A stretch of 64,000 nt of DNA from an uncultured Bacteroidales bacterium (GTDB taxonomy: Bacteria; Hydrothermota; 32-111). The stretch is from the NCBI GenBank assembly GCA_964544145.1, contig CAZJAT010000003.1:7804-71803 (forward strand), read 5' to 3'. The position numbers were made by a program, and so were the translations under genes. Numbering within the stretch: position 1 is the first letter of the stretch; each line of letters begins with the position of its first letter. Positions 30,177 through 40,444 of the stretch are shown in pieces. The notes under the pieces are model-generated. The model saw only the letters and a program-made list of their open reading frames with translations, had not been told where the DNA came from and ran no database searches.

Positions 30177-31781
30177 TTATTCAATTGTTCTTACAATGTG
30201 CGGGGAGATAAAGATTAATACTTCTTTTGATCTGACAATGGTTTCATCACTCTTAAACAGATGCCCTATAATGGGTATTGATCTTAGAAGAGGAAAACCT
30301 GTCTGTGTTCTTGTTTCCTGATCAAGAACAAATCCACCCATTACTACTGTTTCTCCGTCCTGCACCATTTGAACTGTTTTTGCATTTGTTGTATTTATTG
30401 TAGGTCTTAAACTGGTAGGATCCTGAACTGTTGAAAGTTCTGCTTCAATATCCAATGTGATATCCTTCATTGAGTTAACATGTGGTGTTACATTGAGTAT
30501 GGTTCCAACTGTATACTGTGTATTAACAATATTTCCATTTGCATCAACACTCTGTACAAAGAACTGCTGACCTCCAAGGATATTTGCTTCAGTATTATTT
30601 GTTGCAGTTATACGGGGATTAGACAAAGTTTTTGATTTACCTGAAATCTCCATTGTCTGCAATACAGCATCTATCTGGGCAAAATTTCTTATAGTACCTA
30701 TGCTGACTTCTCCTGATGTGACAGAAACAGGTGTATTAACACCGATGCCGCCTATAACATTTGCCTGGCTCAGACCTATATTGTTTATAGTCCAGTCAAT
30801 ACCCAGACTTCTTGTGATATCATCATTAATCTCAACCACTTTAACTACAATCTCTACCTGAAGATTCTTCTTATCTATCTCGGCAATAATATTCTGAATC
30901 TTTTTATGAACATCATTAATATCCTTCACAACCATTGAATTCGTTCTTTCATCAATAGTTATTACACCTCTTTTAGAGAGTACCGGTTTTAATGAAGCCT
31001 GCATATCTCTGGGAGTTGCATATTCAAGCTTGTACACCTTTGTTAAAAGGGGTAATGATTCCTGCATAGCTGTTTGTTCTGTTGCAAATTCTTTGTAAGT
31101 ACCTACTCTAATCATATTCGGAAATTCTTCATAGGTAAGACCTGCCATTCTGGTTATCAAATCAAACAAATCCTTCCATGGTACATCTTTCACATGAATA
31201 GTCACATTACCTGATACATTATTGGACATTACAAGGTTAATGCCGATATAATCCGCAATACCTCTAAGTAATGTTACAACATCAGCGTTTTCTACATCCA
31301 TTGTAATATTATAATCAGTTTTGAATGTACTGATGTTCTGATCATTTTCTTTTGATGAAGCTGAATGATCTGAAGCAAGCCATGAATCAAATGAACCAGC
31401 TAATGAATTATCCAGCGAAATAACGATATTGTTGCCCTGATATGATTTATTGTATGCATATCTATCACTCAATTCAATCATTATGCGCAGAAAATTTGAT
31501 TCATTATCCTTCATTATTTCTATTGATTTGATTCCTGTTACAGCATCCATTTCATAATACGAACCTGTCAGACCATTGTCTACTGCAATGAGGTCAAACA
31601 CTATGATATCAGGTGCTGTTATGGAAAAATCAGTAAAATTAATGACTTTGTCCATTTCGAGTATTATTTCAGTCTTATTATCTCCTGTAGGAGATACTTT
31701 TATGTCCTGTAGAAGCCCTAATGCTGAAACACTGCTGAATAAAACTATGAGCGTGAGGACAAAGAGTGTTTTCTTTAACAT
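30177..31781 (-). CDS. pilQ: type IV pilus secretin PilQ
   Basis: 534 aa with a signal peptide, N-terminal secretin_N-like domains and a C-terminal secretin domain ('VVMGGFVLDQETRTQTGFPLLRSIPIIGHLFKS...IFISPHIV'). Confidence 0.85.
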   Translation of the reverse strand: MLKKTLFVLTLIVLFSSVSALGLLQDIKVSPTGDNKTEIILEMDKVINFTDFSITAPDIIVFDLIAVDNGLTGSYYEMDAVTGIKSIEIMKDNESNFLRIMIELSDRYAYNKSYQGNNIVISLDNSLAGSFDSWLASDHSASSKENDQNISTFKTDYNITMDVENADVVTLLRGIADYIGINLVMSNNVSGNVTIHVKDVPWKDLFDLITRMAGLTYEEFPNMIRVGTYKEFATEQTAMQESLPLLTKVYKLEYATPRDMQASLKPVLSKRGVITIDERTNSMVVKDINDVHKKIQNIIAEIDKKNLQVEIVVKVVEINDDITRSLGIDWTINNIGLSQANVIGGIGVNTPVSVTSGEVSIGTIRNFAQIDAVLQTMEISGKSKTLSNPRITATNNTEANILGGQQFFVQSVDANGNIVNTQYTVGTILNVTPHVNSMKDITLDIEAELSTVQDPTSLRPTINTTNAKTVQMVQDGETVVMGGFVLDQETRTQTGFPLLRSIPIIGHLFKSDETIVRSKEVLIFISPHIVRTIE

Positions 31782-31799
31782 TTATAACCTCGCTTTTAA

Positions 31800-32369
31800 T
31801 TATTTTTTTGTCGGCGTCTGCAGTCTAATCACCTTGTTCCTGACAACTCCGTATTCCTGCAGTTTGAATATTACTGAATCCTGCTCAATTTTAAGCAAAA
31901 CTCCATTCTTTATTTTCTGACCTTCATAGAAGACATAACCCATTCCTGTTGCATCTTTGAATAATGCCATCCTGCCATTCTTACCTTGAATCATACCATA
32001 ATAGCTGGCAGTTTCTATCTCGATCTGATTAAGACCTTCTCTCTGTAGTTCTAGAACTGAAATGAAAGGGTCTCTTCTGTATTTTGATTTATATGCGTAG
32101 AATTCATTTTTAAAAACTGTGTCTGCTATTGCTTGTGCATTGAATTCCTTAGTTTCTGCATTATCAGAATTTTCTGTAATCTCTTCAGCTGCCTTGTCAT
32201 TTTGAGCAATTAAAGTCATTGATGCAGTTGTTTTATTCGCTTGCACATTATCTTTCTTAACAAATACATTTGTTGTATTCTCCATCATGGCATTAACCGG
32301 ATCTGTATTACAAGAAATAAAAAGCAGCACAACAGTCAAGATAATTAAAATTGTTAATTTATCCTTCAT
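31800..32369 (-). CDS. pilP: pilus assembly lipoprotein PilP
   Basis: 189 aa with lipobox 'LFISCN'. Assigned from its position between pilO and pilQ. Confidence 0.5.
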   Translation of the reverse strand: MKDKLTILIILTVVLLFISCNTDPVNAMMENTTNVFVKKDNVQANKTTASMTLIAQNDKAAEEITENSDNAETKEFNAQAIADTVFKNEFYAYKSKYRRDPFISVLELQREGLNQIEIETASYYGMIQGKNGRMALFKDATGMGYVFYEGQKIKNGVLLKIEQDSVIFKLQEYGVVRNKVIRLQTPTKK

Positions 32370-32944
32370 TTTTTACCGCCTTTTTGGGTATTAGCAGTCC
32401 CTGTGCCCTTAAAGAAGGTTGTAACCCTCATTGATACTGCAATAGAGTATTCACCTTCTGCAGTAGTAGTTGGTTTTATTGATATATCAGAGACTTTATA
32501 GATTCTTGACTGATTGCCCAGTTCCGTTAAATATTGAGCCAGTGAATTAAATGAACCATACAGAGATACATCAAATGCTACAGTTGATGATTCAGCACCC
32601 TTTGATACCGGCAAGGGTGTCAGTTTCTTAATTTTAACTGCATTTCTTTCAGAAAGAATTGTTAATGTATCTATTATTTGTTCAAAGTTCTGTGAATCAG
32701 GCAGCATCTTTTTTGCAATTTCCAGTGTTGCTTCCAATACTCTGAGTTTTTCAATGGTCTCCTGCATTCTACTCGCAACTCTCCTTGCTTCAGCCACCTG
32801 GGTATTGAGTTTATCATATTCGGCATTCATCTCATTTATCTTTGACGCATTCTTAGAATAGTCAAATTTCCAATATAGAAATCCTATTCCGATTATGACA
32901 ACTACTGCTATTATTAAATTTCTTAACAGAGTTTTATCCATCAT
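32366..32944 (-). CDS. pilO: pilus assembly protein PilO
   Basis: 192 aa with a single N-terminal TM followed by a coiled coil. Assigned from operon position. Confidence 0.55.
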   Translation of the reverse strand: MMDKTLLRNLIIAVVVIIGIGFLYWKFDYSKNASKINEMNAEYDKLNTQVAEARRVASRMQETIEKLRVLEATLEIAKKMLPDSQNFEQIIDTLTILSERNAVKIKKLTPLPVSKGAESSTVAFDVSLYGSFNSLAQYLTELGNQSRIYKVSDISIKPTTTAEGEYSIAVSMRVTTFFKGTGTANTQKGGKK

Positions 32945-32953
32945 TACCCCCGA

Positions 32954-33535
32954 TTATTTAAGGAATTTGCAGGATATTGAGAAGCTTATTATATCATAAG
33001 CATCTTCGCGGTTATTAACCATTTCCTTCAAATCCACTGATTCTCCGTCAATAAAGTCATTCATTTTCTTCAACTCAGCGAGGAAATCCGTAATCTTAAG
33101 ATTTGAAAATGATTTGCCTTCAATTATAAGAGAACTTCCTTTAATCGACATGCTTTCCAGCCAGAGATAATCAGGTATATTCTTGCTCAATGTATCAAAG
33201 AATTTGGGAAATGTAAATTTCCCGACAGCCAACTTCTTGATTGTATCAATTTTCTGATTGATTTCTGTCTGCTTAGCTTTCATATTTTCTACTTTCTTCT
33301 TCTCTTCTTGGAGCTTTTTCAGCTCTGAGCGTTTTTCCTCGATTTTAACATCAAGCCGCTTAATAGAACCGGTTTGCGAAAAGTGTACAATAACCATCAC
33401 AATAATTAAAACAACGAATACACCCAAACCGGCATACAGCATCATATTACCCGGCATATTAAATGAGAAAGTCGGCATCGATAGCTCTTTCCTCCGTTTT
33501 TTCTTCTCATCAGGCAATAAATTTATTTCTATCAT
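32954..33535 (-). CDS. pilN: pilus assembly protein PilN
   Basis: 193 aa with the conserved N-terminal 'INLLP' motif, a single TM and a coiled coil. Confidence 0.7.
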   Translation of the reverse strand: MIEINLLPDEKKKRRKELSMPTFSFNMPGNMMLYAGLGVFVVLIIVMVIVHFSQTGSIKRLDVKIEEKRSELKKLQEEKKKVENMKAKQTEINQKIDTIKKLAVGKFTFPKFFDTLSKNIPDYLWLESMSIKGSSLIIEGKSFSNLKITDFLAELKKMNDFIDGESVDLKEMVNNREDAYDIISFSISCKFLK

Positions 33536-33549
33536 TTTTAACCTCTTTG

Positions 33550-34575
33550 TTAAGATCTCATACTAAGGCCGAGTGAAGGAACAAGCAGTGGTGCTACTTT
33601 TTCAATCTCATCAAGTGCAAAAAGGCCTTCTTTGATTTTGATTTTCTTAAAAGCATCTAGCTTTTCAACATCTGTTTCAAATCTATTTTTAAAGAAATCA
33701 ACAATACCTTTTGCATTTGAACCGCCGCCGGAAATAATAATATTATCAATTCTATCCATGTTTGTAAAGGGCAATGCTCTTTCCACATTCACTGCCAATT
33801 CGTCAAAGAATGACTGTAAGCCCTCTTCAATAATCTCCGGTGATAAATCTGCTACCTCTTCGCCTTTAAATATATTATCAATTTGTTCCTTAGTTGCTCC
33901 GGGTATTTTCTGCAGAGTTGATTTAATTGCAGTGGTAACATCCCTTGTAAATAAGTTCTGTTCTCCCTGAATAAAAGAAAGGATTGTGGTTTCATACCCT
34001 ATATGAAGCAGAGCATACATCTTATCAGGTTCTGGTTCATAGTTCATTTCAAAACAATTTTGAATTGTAAATGCGGGTACATCGACAACCACAGGTATAA
34101 GGTCAATTTCTTCAATTAAATCAATGAAAGGCATAAGAATTTCCTTCTTAGCAGCAACAAGCAGTACATCAATCTTGCCTTCTTCATCCGATGGACCCAG
34201 TATTTTGTAGTCAATCTGAACATCCTCAATACCATAAGGAATATTGTTTTCAGCTTCCTGTTTAATCAAAATTGATAATTCGGATTCTTTCATTTTGTCC
34301 ATCTTGATTTTCTTTACAATAACGCCTCTTCCCAATAGAGCAGTGCTCGTTTCCTTGATTTTAACCTCTTTTGACTGAAGCAGATTCTTAACAGTATCAA
34401 CCAATGCCAATCTGTCCATAACCTCACCGTCCGCTATAGATCCATCAGATAATTCGGTTATGCCATAATCTTTAAGCATGGGTTCATTACCGGACAAATC
34501 AAGCATTGAATACTTGATATAGGAACTGCCGATATCCAAACCCATAATCACTTTTTTCCTTTTCTTAACAGCCAT
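33550..34575 (-). CDS. pilM: type IV pilus assembly ATPase-fold protein PilM
   Basis: 341 aa with an actin-like fold. It has the N-terminal 'GLDIGSSYIKY' motif and 'IISGGGS'. Confidence 0.85.
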   Translation of the reverse strand: MAVKKRKKVIMGLDIGSSYIKYSMLDLSGNEPMLKDYGITELSDGSIADGEVMDRLALVDTVKNLLQSKEVKIKETSTALLGRGVIVKKIKMDKMKESELSILIKQEAENNIPYGIEDVQIDYKILGPSDEEGKIDVLLVAAKKEILMPFIDLIEEIDLIPVVVDVPAFTIQNCFEMNYEPEPDKMYALLHIGYETTILSFIQGEQNLFTRDVTTAIKSTLQKIPGATKEQIDNIFKGEEVADLSPEIIEEGLQSFFDELAVNVERALPFTNMDRIDNIIISGGGSNAKGIVDFFKNRFETDVEKLDAFKKIKIKEGLFALDEIEKVAPLLVPSLGLSMRS

Positions 34576-34587
34576 ATAACCGTCCTT

Positions 34588-34785
34588 TTAATTTTCAATA
34601 AACTTTTTGATTTCTCTTCCCTGAATATGCCATCTCCTCCCTATCTTCTTGCCCCGTAACATCATTGTTCTAAGATGCCGGCGCACTGTCTGAGTAGAGA
34701 CATTGAGGATCTGCGATACTTCCTCTACATTGTAGAATTTGGCAGTATCAATTTTCTTTAAAGATATAGCCATTTTGTGCCTCAC
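34588..34785 (-). CDS. small helix-turn-helix DNA-binding protein (excisionase/MerR-like HTH_17 family)
   Basis: 65 aa, 'YNVEEVSQILNVSTQTVRRHLR..G..I..R' pattern. It sits immediately upstream of pilM in the same orientation. Confidence 0.5.
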   Translation of the reverse strand: MRHKMAISLKKIDTAKFYNVEEVSQILNVSTQTVRRHLRTMMLRGKKIGRRWHIQGREIKKFIEN

Positions 34786-34860
34786 GTTATGTTATGTTTA
34801 CTTATATATCAATACATATATTTATATATATTTATACATAATAATGTCTTTTTTGTCAAG

Positions 34861-34901
34861 TAAAAAAATTATAAAGCAAACCCCGCATTTAAGCGGGGTT
34901 T
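34861..34901 (-). terminator. rho-independent terminator downstream of the oxidoreductase operon
   Basis: AAACCCCGC-ATTTAA-GCGGGGTTT hairpin, followed on the minus strand by TTTATAATTTTTTT. Confidence 0.5.
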
Positions 34902-34914
34902 AGTTCATTAATGT

Positions 34915-37900
34915 TTATAAAATATTTATCTTATTAAGTGAATTGGGGAATGATGCCCGTTTCTTGATATTCTCCGGGACATTAATTCTGTCATTTATGA
35001 AATCCCCATTATCAGGGATTTCCTGCTTAAAGAAATCGGTATTTAAATGTTTCATTACACCCTGCAGCATCTCAATATTGCTGAATGCAAGATCATTTAT
35101 AACCTTATTCCTCTTTACAGTCCTGTATTCAGCATTGATTTGAGTACCGGATTCTGCATAAGGTGCATTAATCCGGATATAATCAGAATTGCCATCAGGA
35201 TTCATGAAACTCACAATCATTCCGGTATCCCTGTGAGCAAGATATGAAATTGTCCTTTCAGATATATTATCATTGTCTTCAAGCAGAGCATTCATTGCTG
35301 ATGCATTACTGCCTCTTCCCATGTATAACATCCTTGCATCGATTTTTCCTGCAATTACTCTAATCTTTTCATCGCCACCATTCATCAATGAAGTATATGA
35401 TGCTATTATCACTTTACTGCCATTAAACTTATACTCAGCAATCTCCTTATAATCATCTGTTTCAACATATATATCAGCAATTTTGCTAATATCCTTATTG
35501 GGACTGCCATAATATGATAATGAAGCACCATTTTTCCTTGCTCTGTTTATCATAGGCATAATCATTGGAGTATCCTCAAAGGGATTAATGCCTGCCAGAA
35601 CTATATTGTTGCATAGTTCAATATCTTTGTATGTGATATCACTCTTGAGCACTGACATCCTATTTGCAGGGATTATTTTAACACCTGCTTTATCTGCAAT
35701 TGCTTTTAATAAGTATATCTCTTCTAAAGTAGCTGTTTCCCCTACAATAATATCTGATTTATTCTTTAAAATATAATCAGCCATTAATTTAGCAGTTTTA
35801 TCCAATCCAATTTCACCATGCTTATCCATAATTGCTTTATTTATCTCAATAAAACCGAATCTGCTGCGTTTACAGATATTGCCGAAAAGATTTACTTTTG
35901 AATCCTGTTTGCCTTTTATACCCACAATCTTGTTTCCCATTGTTTTAACTTCAATTTCACATCCAAATGAACAAAAGGGACAAACCGTTTCTTTTGTTTC
36001 CAATTTAAATGGTCCCGGCTTTTTGGTGTATGGTTTTATTACTATCGCGCCTGTGGGACATACATCTGCACATAAGCCACATGATATACAGGATGTTTCG
36101 GTTAATGCCTTGCCCAACGGAGGTTGGACAACAGTTTTATACCCTCTATTGACCAATCCCAGCACAGATAAGCCAACAACCTCTTTACATATGCGCACAC
36201 ATCTTGCGCATGAAATGCATTTATTCGGCTCAAGTGTTATAAATGCATGTCTGTCATCTGGAGTCATATCCTTAAAAGTGCCCCTGTAATTGGTCTGGTC
36301 CACATCATACTTTGCTGCATTATCCTTCAATTCACAGTCAAACACAGATTTACATCCGCATTCCAGACATCTGTCAGCTTCCTTGCAAGCCATGTCTTCA
36401 CTGAACCCTGTTTCAACTTCATTCATACTGCTTATGCGTTCATCCGCTTTCAATTTGGGCATCTCCATTTTCTCTTTCTTTTCAAAGTCAGAATAATCTG
36501 CTTCAATCTGTTGTTTCAGATTATCCTTTTTTGAATAAAAATCTTCAGGGTAAGGAATAATATCACCTGTTGAAATGTATTTATCAATAACCCATGCAGC
36601 TTTCTTACCATCAGCAATTCCGCCAATAACAGTATCTGCTCCGCGCCTGAAATCGCCTCCTGCAAAAATCCCTTCAACATCTGTCATAAATGTTTTTTCA
36701 TCTGTTTCTATTGTCTGCCATCTGGTAAATTTCAACTCATTGTTAATGCTGCTCGGATCATCACTGATGCATTTTATGTCTCCCTTCTGCCCTATAGCAA
36801 AAATTACTGCACTTGCCTGCATCTCATACTCACTGTTTTCCTTAGGTATAGGACGGCGCCTTCCGCTGGCATCAGGTTCACCCAATTCCATCTTAATACA
36901 TTTTAAACCAATCACTTTATTATTGTTATCTGTGATTACCTCAATGGGATTTGACAGGACTTCAATATTAATGCCTTCATCTATTGCATCCTCTATTTCA
37001 GTTTCATGTGCAGGCATTTCTTTGATTGTTCTTCTGTAAACCATAGTAACGTCAGCTCCAAGCCGTTTGGAAATTCGTGCAGCATCTATGGCAGTATTAC
37101 CTCCGCCTACAATGATAACATGTTTACCGATATTTGTGTTTTTATTTGATGCAGCATTATGGAGAAATTCAATTCCTCCAAGCACACCCTCTGCATCTTC
37201 ACCCTTGATACCCATGAATTGGCAGTCATGTGCGCCCAATGCAATATATATTGCGTCATATTTACGTTTTTTCAGTGAATCCAGTGTAAAATCCTCACCC
37301 AATGTCTGATTATAATGTATAGTGGGACCTAGATCAGTAATCTGTTTGATTTCAATATCCAATATTTCATTAGGTAGTCTATATTCAGGTATCCCATATC
37401 TCAGCATTCCGCCCGCTTTATCATATTGCTCGTATAAATCAACATCATAGCCCTTTAATGCAAGATAATAAGCAGCAGAAAGTCCTGAAGGCCCGGCTCC
37501 GACAATACCTACCTTTTTTCCATTTTTGCTAAGTGTTTCAGGTACATAGGTATACTCTGATGCAAGGTCTCTGTCAGAAGCATATCGTTTTAAGAAATCT
37601 ATACCTACCTTTGAATCTACAAGGTTTCTTCTGCATTCATCCTCACAGGGTCTTGTACACACTCTTCCGCATACTGCAGGCATAGGATTGTCTCTTTTGA
37701 TAATTTTTATTGCTTCAGTATAATCACCCTCTGCAATTGCAGCAATATATCCCTGAACATCTACATTGGAAGGACACGTATTGAAACACGGACCTGCACA
37801 ATCAGCATAATGATTGGAAAGCAGAAGTTCTAATGCCATTTTTCTCTGTTTCCATATATTCTCAGTATCCGTTTTTATCTTCATTCCTTCTGCAATCTTT

Positions 37901-38100
37901 GTTCCGCATGCAAGTGAATATCTCTTTTTCGCACCTTCTATTTCAACTGAACAGAGAAAACATGATCCATAAGGTTCAAGCTGTTCATGAAAACATAGTG
38001 TGGGTATGTCAATTCCATTTGCCTTACATATATCCAGAACTGTCATTCCCTTTTCTCCGATATACTCTTTATTATTTATCTGTAATTTAATTTTTTCCAT
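34915..38100 (-). CDS. NuoG-like large subunit fused with a GltD-type NAD(P)H flavin oxidoreductase and a truncated molybdopterin-oxidoreductase-like domain
   Basis: 1061 aa. The N-terminal 2Fe-2S fold is 'C..GSCFLCSV...C'. The GltD/DPD-type Fe-S region is 'MPAVCGRVCTRPCEDEC'. Two Rossmann dinucleotide sites are present ('IVGAGPSGLSAAYYLA', 'IIVGGGNTAIDAA'), followed by 4Fe-4S ferredoxin motifs. Then comes an Fdh/NuoG-type 'CPFCSFGCEIEV...C' cluster and about 350 aa of MopB-like sequence that is too short for a full Mo-bisPGD domain. No H-cluster motifs were found. Confidence 0.7.
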   Translation of the reverse strand: MEKIKLQINNKEYIGEKGMTVLDICKANGIDIPTLCFHEQLEPYGSCFLCSVEIEGAKKRYSLACGTKIAEGMKIKTDTENIWKQRKMALELLLSNHYADCAGPCFNTCPSNVDVQGYIAAIAEGDYTEAIKIIKRDNPMPAVCGRVCTRPCEDECRRNLVDSKVGIDFLKRYASDRDLASEYTYVPETLSKNGKKVGIVGAGPSGLSAAYYLALKGYDVDLYEQYDKAGGMLRYGIPEYRLPNEILDIEIKQITDLGPTIHYNQTLGEDFTLDSLKKRKYDAIYIALGAHDCQFMGIKGEDAEGVLGGIEFLHNAASNKNTNIGKHVIIVGGGNTAIDAARISKRLGADVTMVYRRTIKEMPAHETEIEDAIDEGINIEVLSNPIEVITDNNNKVIGLKCIKMELGEPDASGRRRPIPKENSEYEMQASAVIFAIGQKGDIKCISDDPSSINNELKFTRWQTIETDEKTFMTDVEGIFAGGDFRRGADTVIGGIADGKKAAWVIDKYISTGDIIPYPEDFYSKKDNLKQQIEADYSDFEKKEKMEMPKLKADERISSMNEVETGFSEDMACKEADRCLECGCKSVFDCELKDNAAKYDVDQTNYRGTFKDMTPDDRHAFITLEPNKCISCARCVRICKEVVGLSVLGLVNRGYKTVVQPPLGKALTETSCISCGLCADVCPTGAIVIKPYTKKPGPFKLETKETVCPFCSFGCEIEVKTMGNKIVGIKGKQDSKVNLFGNICKRSRFGFIEINKAIMDKHGEIGLDKTAKLMADYILKNKSDIIVGETATLEEIYLLKAIADKAGVKIIPANRMSVLKSDITYKDIELCNNIVLAGINPFEDTPMIMPMINRARKNGASLSYYGSPNKDISKIADIYVETDDYKEIAEYKFNGSKVIIASYTSLMNGGDEKIRVIAGKIDARMLYMGRGSNASAMNALLEDNDNISERTISYLAHRDTGMIVSFMNPDGNSDYIRINAPYAESGTQINAEYRTVKRNKVINDLAFSNIEMLQGVMKHLNTDFFKQEIPDNGDFINDRINVPENIKKRASFPNSLNKINIL

Positions 38101-38109
38101 TGTATCCTC

Positions 38110-39900
38110 CTACTTGACATCTACAGCATCAAATGGACATACCCGCAGGCAGTTTCCGCATTTGATACATGCATCCTGATTAATTTGATAAGGAGTTTCT
38201 TTGTCTCCGGTTATCACATTGACCGGGCAGTTTTTGGCACATATACCGCATTTTTTACATTTATCTGCATCAATAGTAAACTCAATAAGTTCTTTGCACA
38301 CCTTTGCAGGGCATTTTTTTTCTAATATATGAGCCTCATATTCATCCCTGAAATATTTAATTGTAGTAATTACAGGATTTGGTGCTGTCTGTCCCAAGCC
38401 GCATAATGATGATTCCTTAACCATATCAGCTAATTCCTCTAATTTATCAATATCCTCCATTTTACCTTTACCTTCAACAATTCTTGTCAGTATTTCATGC
38501 ATCCTCTTTGTACCAACCCTGCAGAATGTACATTTACCACATGATTCATTCTGTGTAAAATTAAGAAAATATCTTGCAACCTCTACCATGCAAGAATCCT
38601 CATCCATAATAACCATTCCGCCTGAGCCCATTATTGCACCAGTCGCATTCAGTGAATCATAATCAACAGGTGTATCAATAAGATGCTCTGGAATACATCC
38701 CCCAGATGGTCCGCCAACCTGTATTGCTTTAAATTTTTTACCATTAAGAATGCCTCCTGCTACATCATAGATAATCTCTCTCAAGGTTATACCCATCGGC
38801 ACTTCAGCCAATCCTGTGCGATTAATCTTTCCTGATAATGAGAAAGCTTTGGTCCCCTTTGATTTAGAAGCCCCAATTGAAGCATATTTATTTGCTCCAT
38901 TCCTGATAATCCAGGCAATATTAGCAAAGGTTTCCACATTATTAATATTTGTGGGTTTCCCCCATATTCCGCTTTCAGCAGGGAATGGAGGTCTAATCTT
39001 CGGCATACCTCTCTTTCCTTCTATTGAAGCCATTAATGCTGTTTCTTCACCGCATACAAAAGCACCAGCTCCCTCTTTTACTTTAAGATTGAACGAAAAA
39101 TCAGAATTAAGTATATTATTGCCAAGGTAACCCTTATTGACCGCTTCTTTGATGGCAAGCTTTAATCGTTTAACTGCTAAAGGATATTCTGCTCTGCAGT
39201 ATATGTATCCTTCAGTACATCCTATTGCATAAGCAGCAATAGTCATTCCTTCAATTACATTATAAGGATCTCCCTCTAATATACCCTTGTCCATAAATGC
39301 ACCGGGATCACCCTCATCTGCATTGCACACCAGATATTTCATATCGCCCTTTGACTTGCGGGCAAAATTCCATTTTACACCTGTAGGGAAACCTGCTCCG
39401 CCTCTTCCCCTAAGCCCGGATTCTGTAATTTCCTTTATAACATCCTCAGGTGTCATGGATTTAATGATTTTCTCCAATGCAGCATAGCCATTTGATTCAA
39501 TAAAATCATTAAATGATTCCGGATTTATTACTCCCGTCCTTTCCAAAACAATTCTATACTGCTTTTTAAAAAGATCTTCTTCACTACCCTTTTTGTCGGA
39601 TGATTTGACAATAAGTTTTTCTACAGGATTGCCATTTAGAACATGCTCGTTGAAAATCTTTTCTGCCTTTTTAACATCAACTCCGCCATAAAGCGTTTTT
39701 ATATTATTTTCCATATCCTCAATCTCTACCAATGGCTCCTTATAGCACATACCTATACAACCTGTTTCATCCAGCTTGATATCAATATTTTTCTCTTTCA
39801 ATAATTCATCCAGTTTCTCATATACAGGTTTTGCTCCTGCTGCTATTCCGCAGGAACCCATACCGACTGTTATCCTTATTTTATTCATCAATGCCTCCAC
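38110..39900 (-). CDS. NuoF-like NADH-binding flavoprotein subunit of bifurcating type (N-terminal thioredoxin-like 2Fe-2S domain, C-terminal 2x[4Fe-4S])
   Basis: 596 aa with 'GLRGRGGAGFPTGVKW' (FMN/NADH), 'ESCGKCTFCRVG' (N3 cluster), and C-terminal 'CKKCGICAKNCP' plus 'CIKCGNCLRVCP' motifs. The N-terminal 'GSCG...GCIGMC' domain resembles HydB/HndC. Confidence 0.85.
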   Translation of the reverse strand: MEALMNKIRITVGMGSCGIAAGAKPVYEKLDELLKEKNIDIKLDETGCIGMCYKEPLVEIEDMENNIKTLYGGVDVKKAEKIFNEHVLNGNPVEKLIVKSSDKKGSEEDLFKKQYRIVLERTGVINPESFNDFIESNGYAALEKIIKSMTPEDVIKEITESGLRGRGGAGFPTGVKWNFARKSKGDMKYLVCNADEGDPGAFMDKGILEGDPYNVIEGMTIAAYAIGCTEGYIYCRAEYPLAVKRLKLAIKEAVNKGYLGNNILNSDFSFNLKVKEGAGAFVCGEETALMASIEGKRGMPKIRPPFPAESGIWGKPTNINNVETFANIAWIIRNGANKYASIGASKSKGTKAFSLSGKINRTGLAEVPMGITLREIIYDVAGGILNGKKFKAIQVGGPSGGCIPEHLIDTPVDYDSLNATGAIMGSGGMVIMDEDSCMVEVARYFLNFTQNESCGKCTFCRVGTKRMHEILTRIVEGKGKMEDIDKLEELADMVKESSLCGLGQTAPNPVITTIKYFRDEYEAHILEKKCPAKVCKELIEFTIDADKCKKCGICAKNCPVNVITGDKETPYQINQDACIKCGNCLRVCPFDAVDVK

Positions 39901-40359
39901 TTAATAGGATTTTAGTATACTGCGGATTTTGTCAGGTGTCAGTTTACCATGCACCTCGCCGTCAATCATAATAACTGGGGCAAGAGAACAGCATCCTAAA
40001 CATGCCACTTCTTCAACAGTGAACTTACCATCTGCTGTTGTACCATAATCTTTAAGTTTCAATTCTTCTAAAACAACATCAAGCACTGTATCGGCACCAA
40101 TAACATGACATGCCGTACCTTGACATATTTTAATATTATGCTCACCCGGTTTTTCCATCTTAAATTGAGAATAAAATGTAGTTACACCATAAATATCACT
40201 TTCTGCATATTCTGTATTGCCTGCGATTTCTTCAATGGATTCCTTGGATATATACCGGAACACGTCCTGAACATCCTGTAGAATGGGGATCAAAGCCCCC
40301 TTTTTGTCCTTGTATCTTTCAACAATATCAAGAACTGTTATCTCTTTTTTACCGCTCAT
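39901..40359 (-). CDS. NuoE-like 2Fe-2S thioredoxin-fold subunit
   Basis: 152 aa with 'CQGTACHVIGA' and 'CLGCCSLAPVIMIDG'. Confidence 0.85.
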   Translation of the reverse strand: MSGKKEITVLDIVERYKDKKGALIPILQDVQDVFRYISKESIEEIAGNTEYAESDIYGVTTFYSQFKMEKPGEHNIKICQGTACHVIGADTVLDVVLEELKLKDYGTTADGKFTVEEVACLGCCSLAPVIMIDGEVHGKLTPDKIRSILKSY

Positions 40360-40444
40360 TTTATAACTCCTTAATAATTAAAATATATGAAATTATTAAA
40401 AAAATTACATTAACATAATGCCCCATTCTTGTCAATATATATAT

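Noticed and set aside
34915-38100. Possibility that the NuoG-like large subunit is an [FeFe] hydrogenase (HydA) as in HydABC
   Set aside because: No H-cluster signature motifs (TSCCPxW, MPCxxKxxE, ExMACxxGCxxG) are present. The middle of the protein is instead a GltD-type flavin domain.
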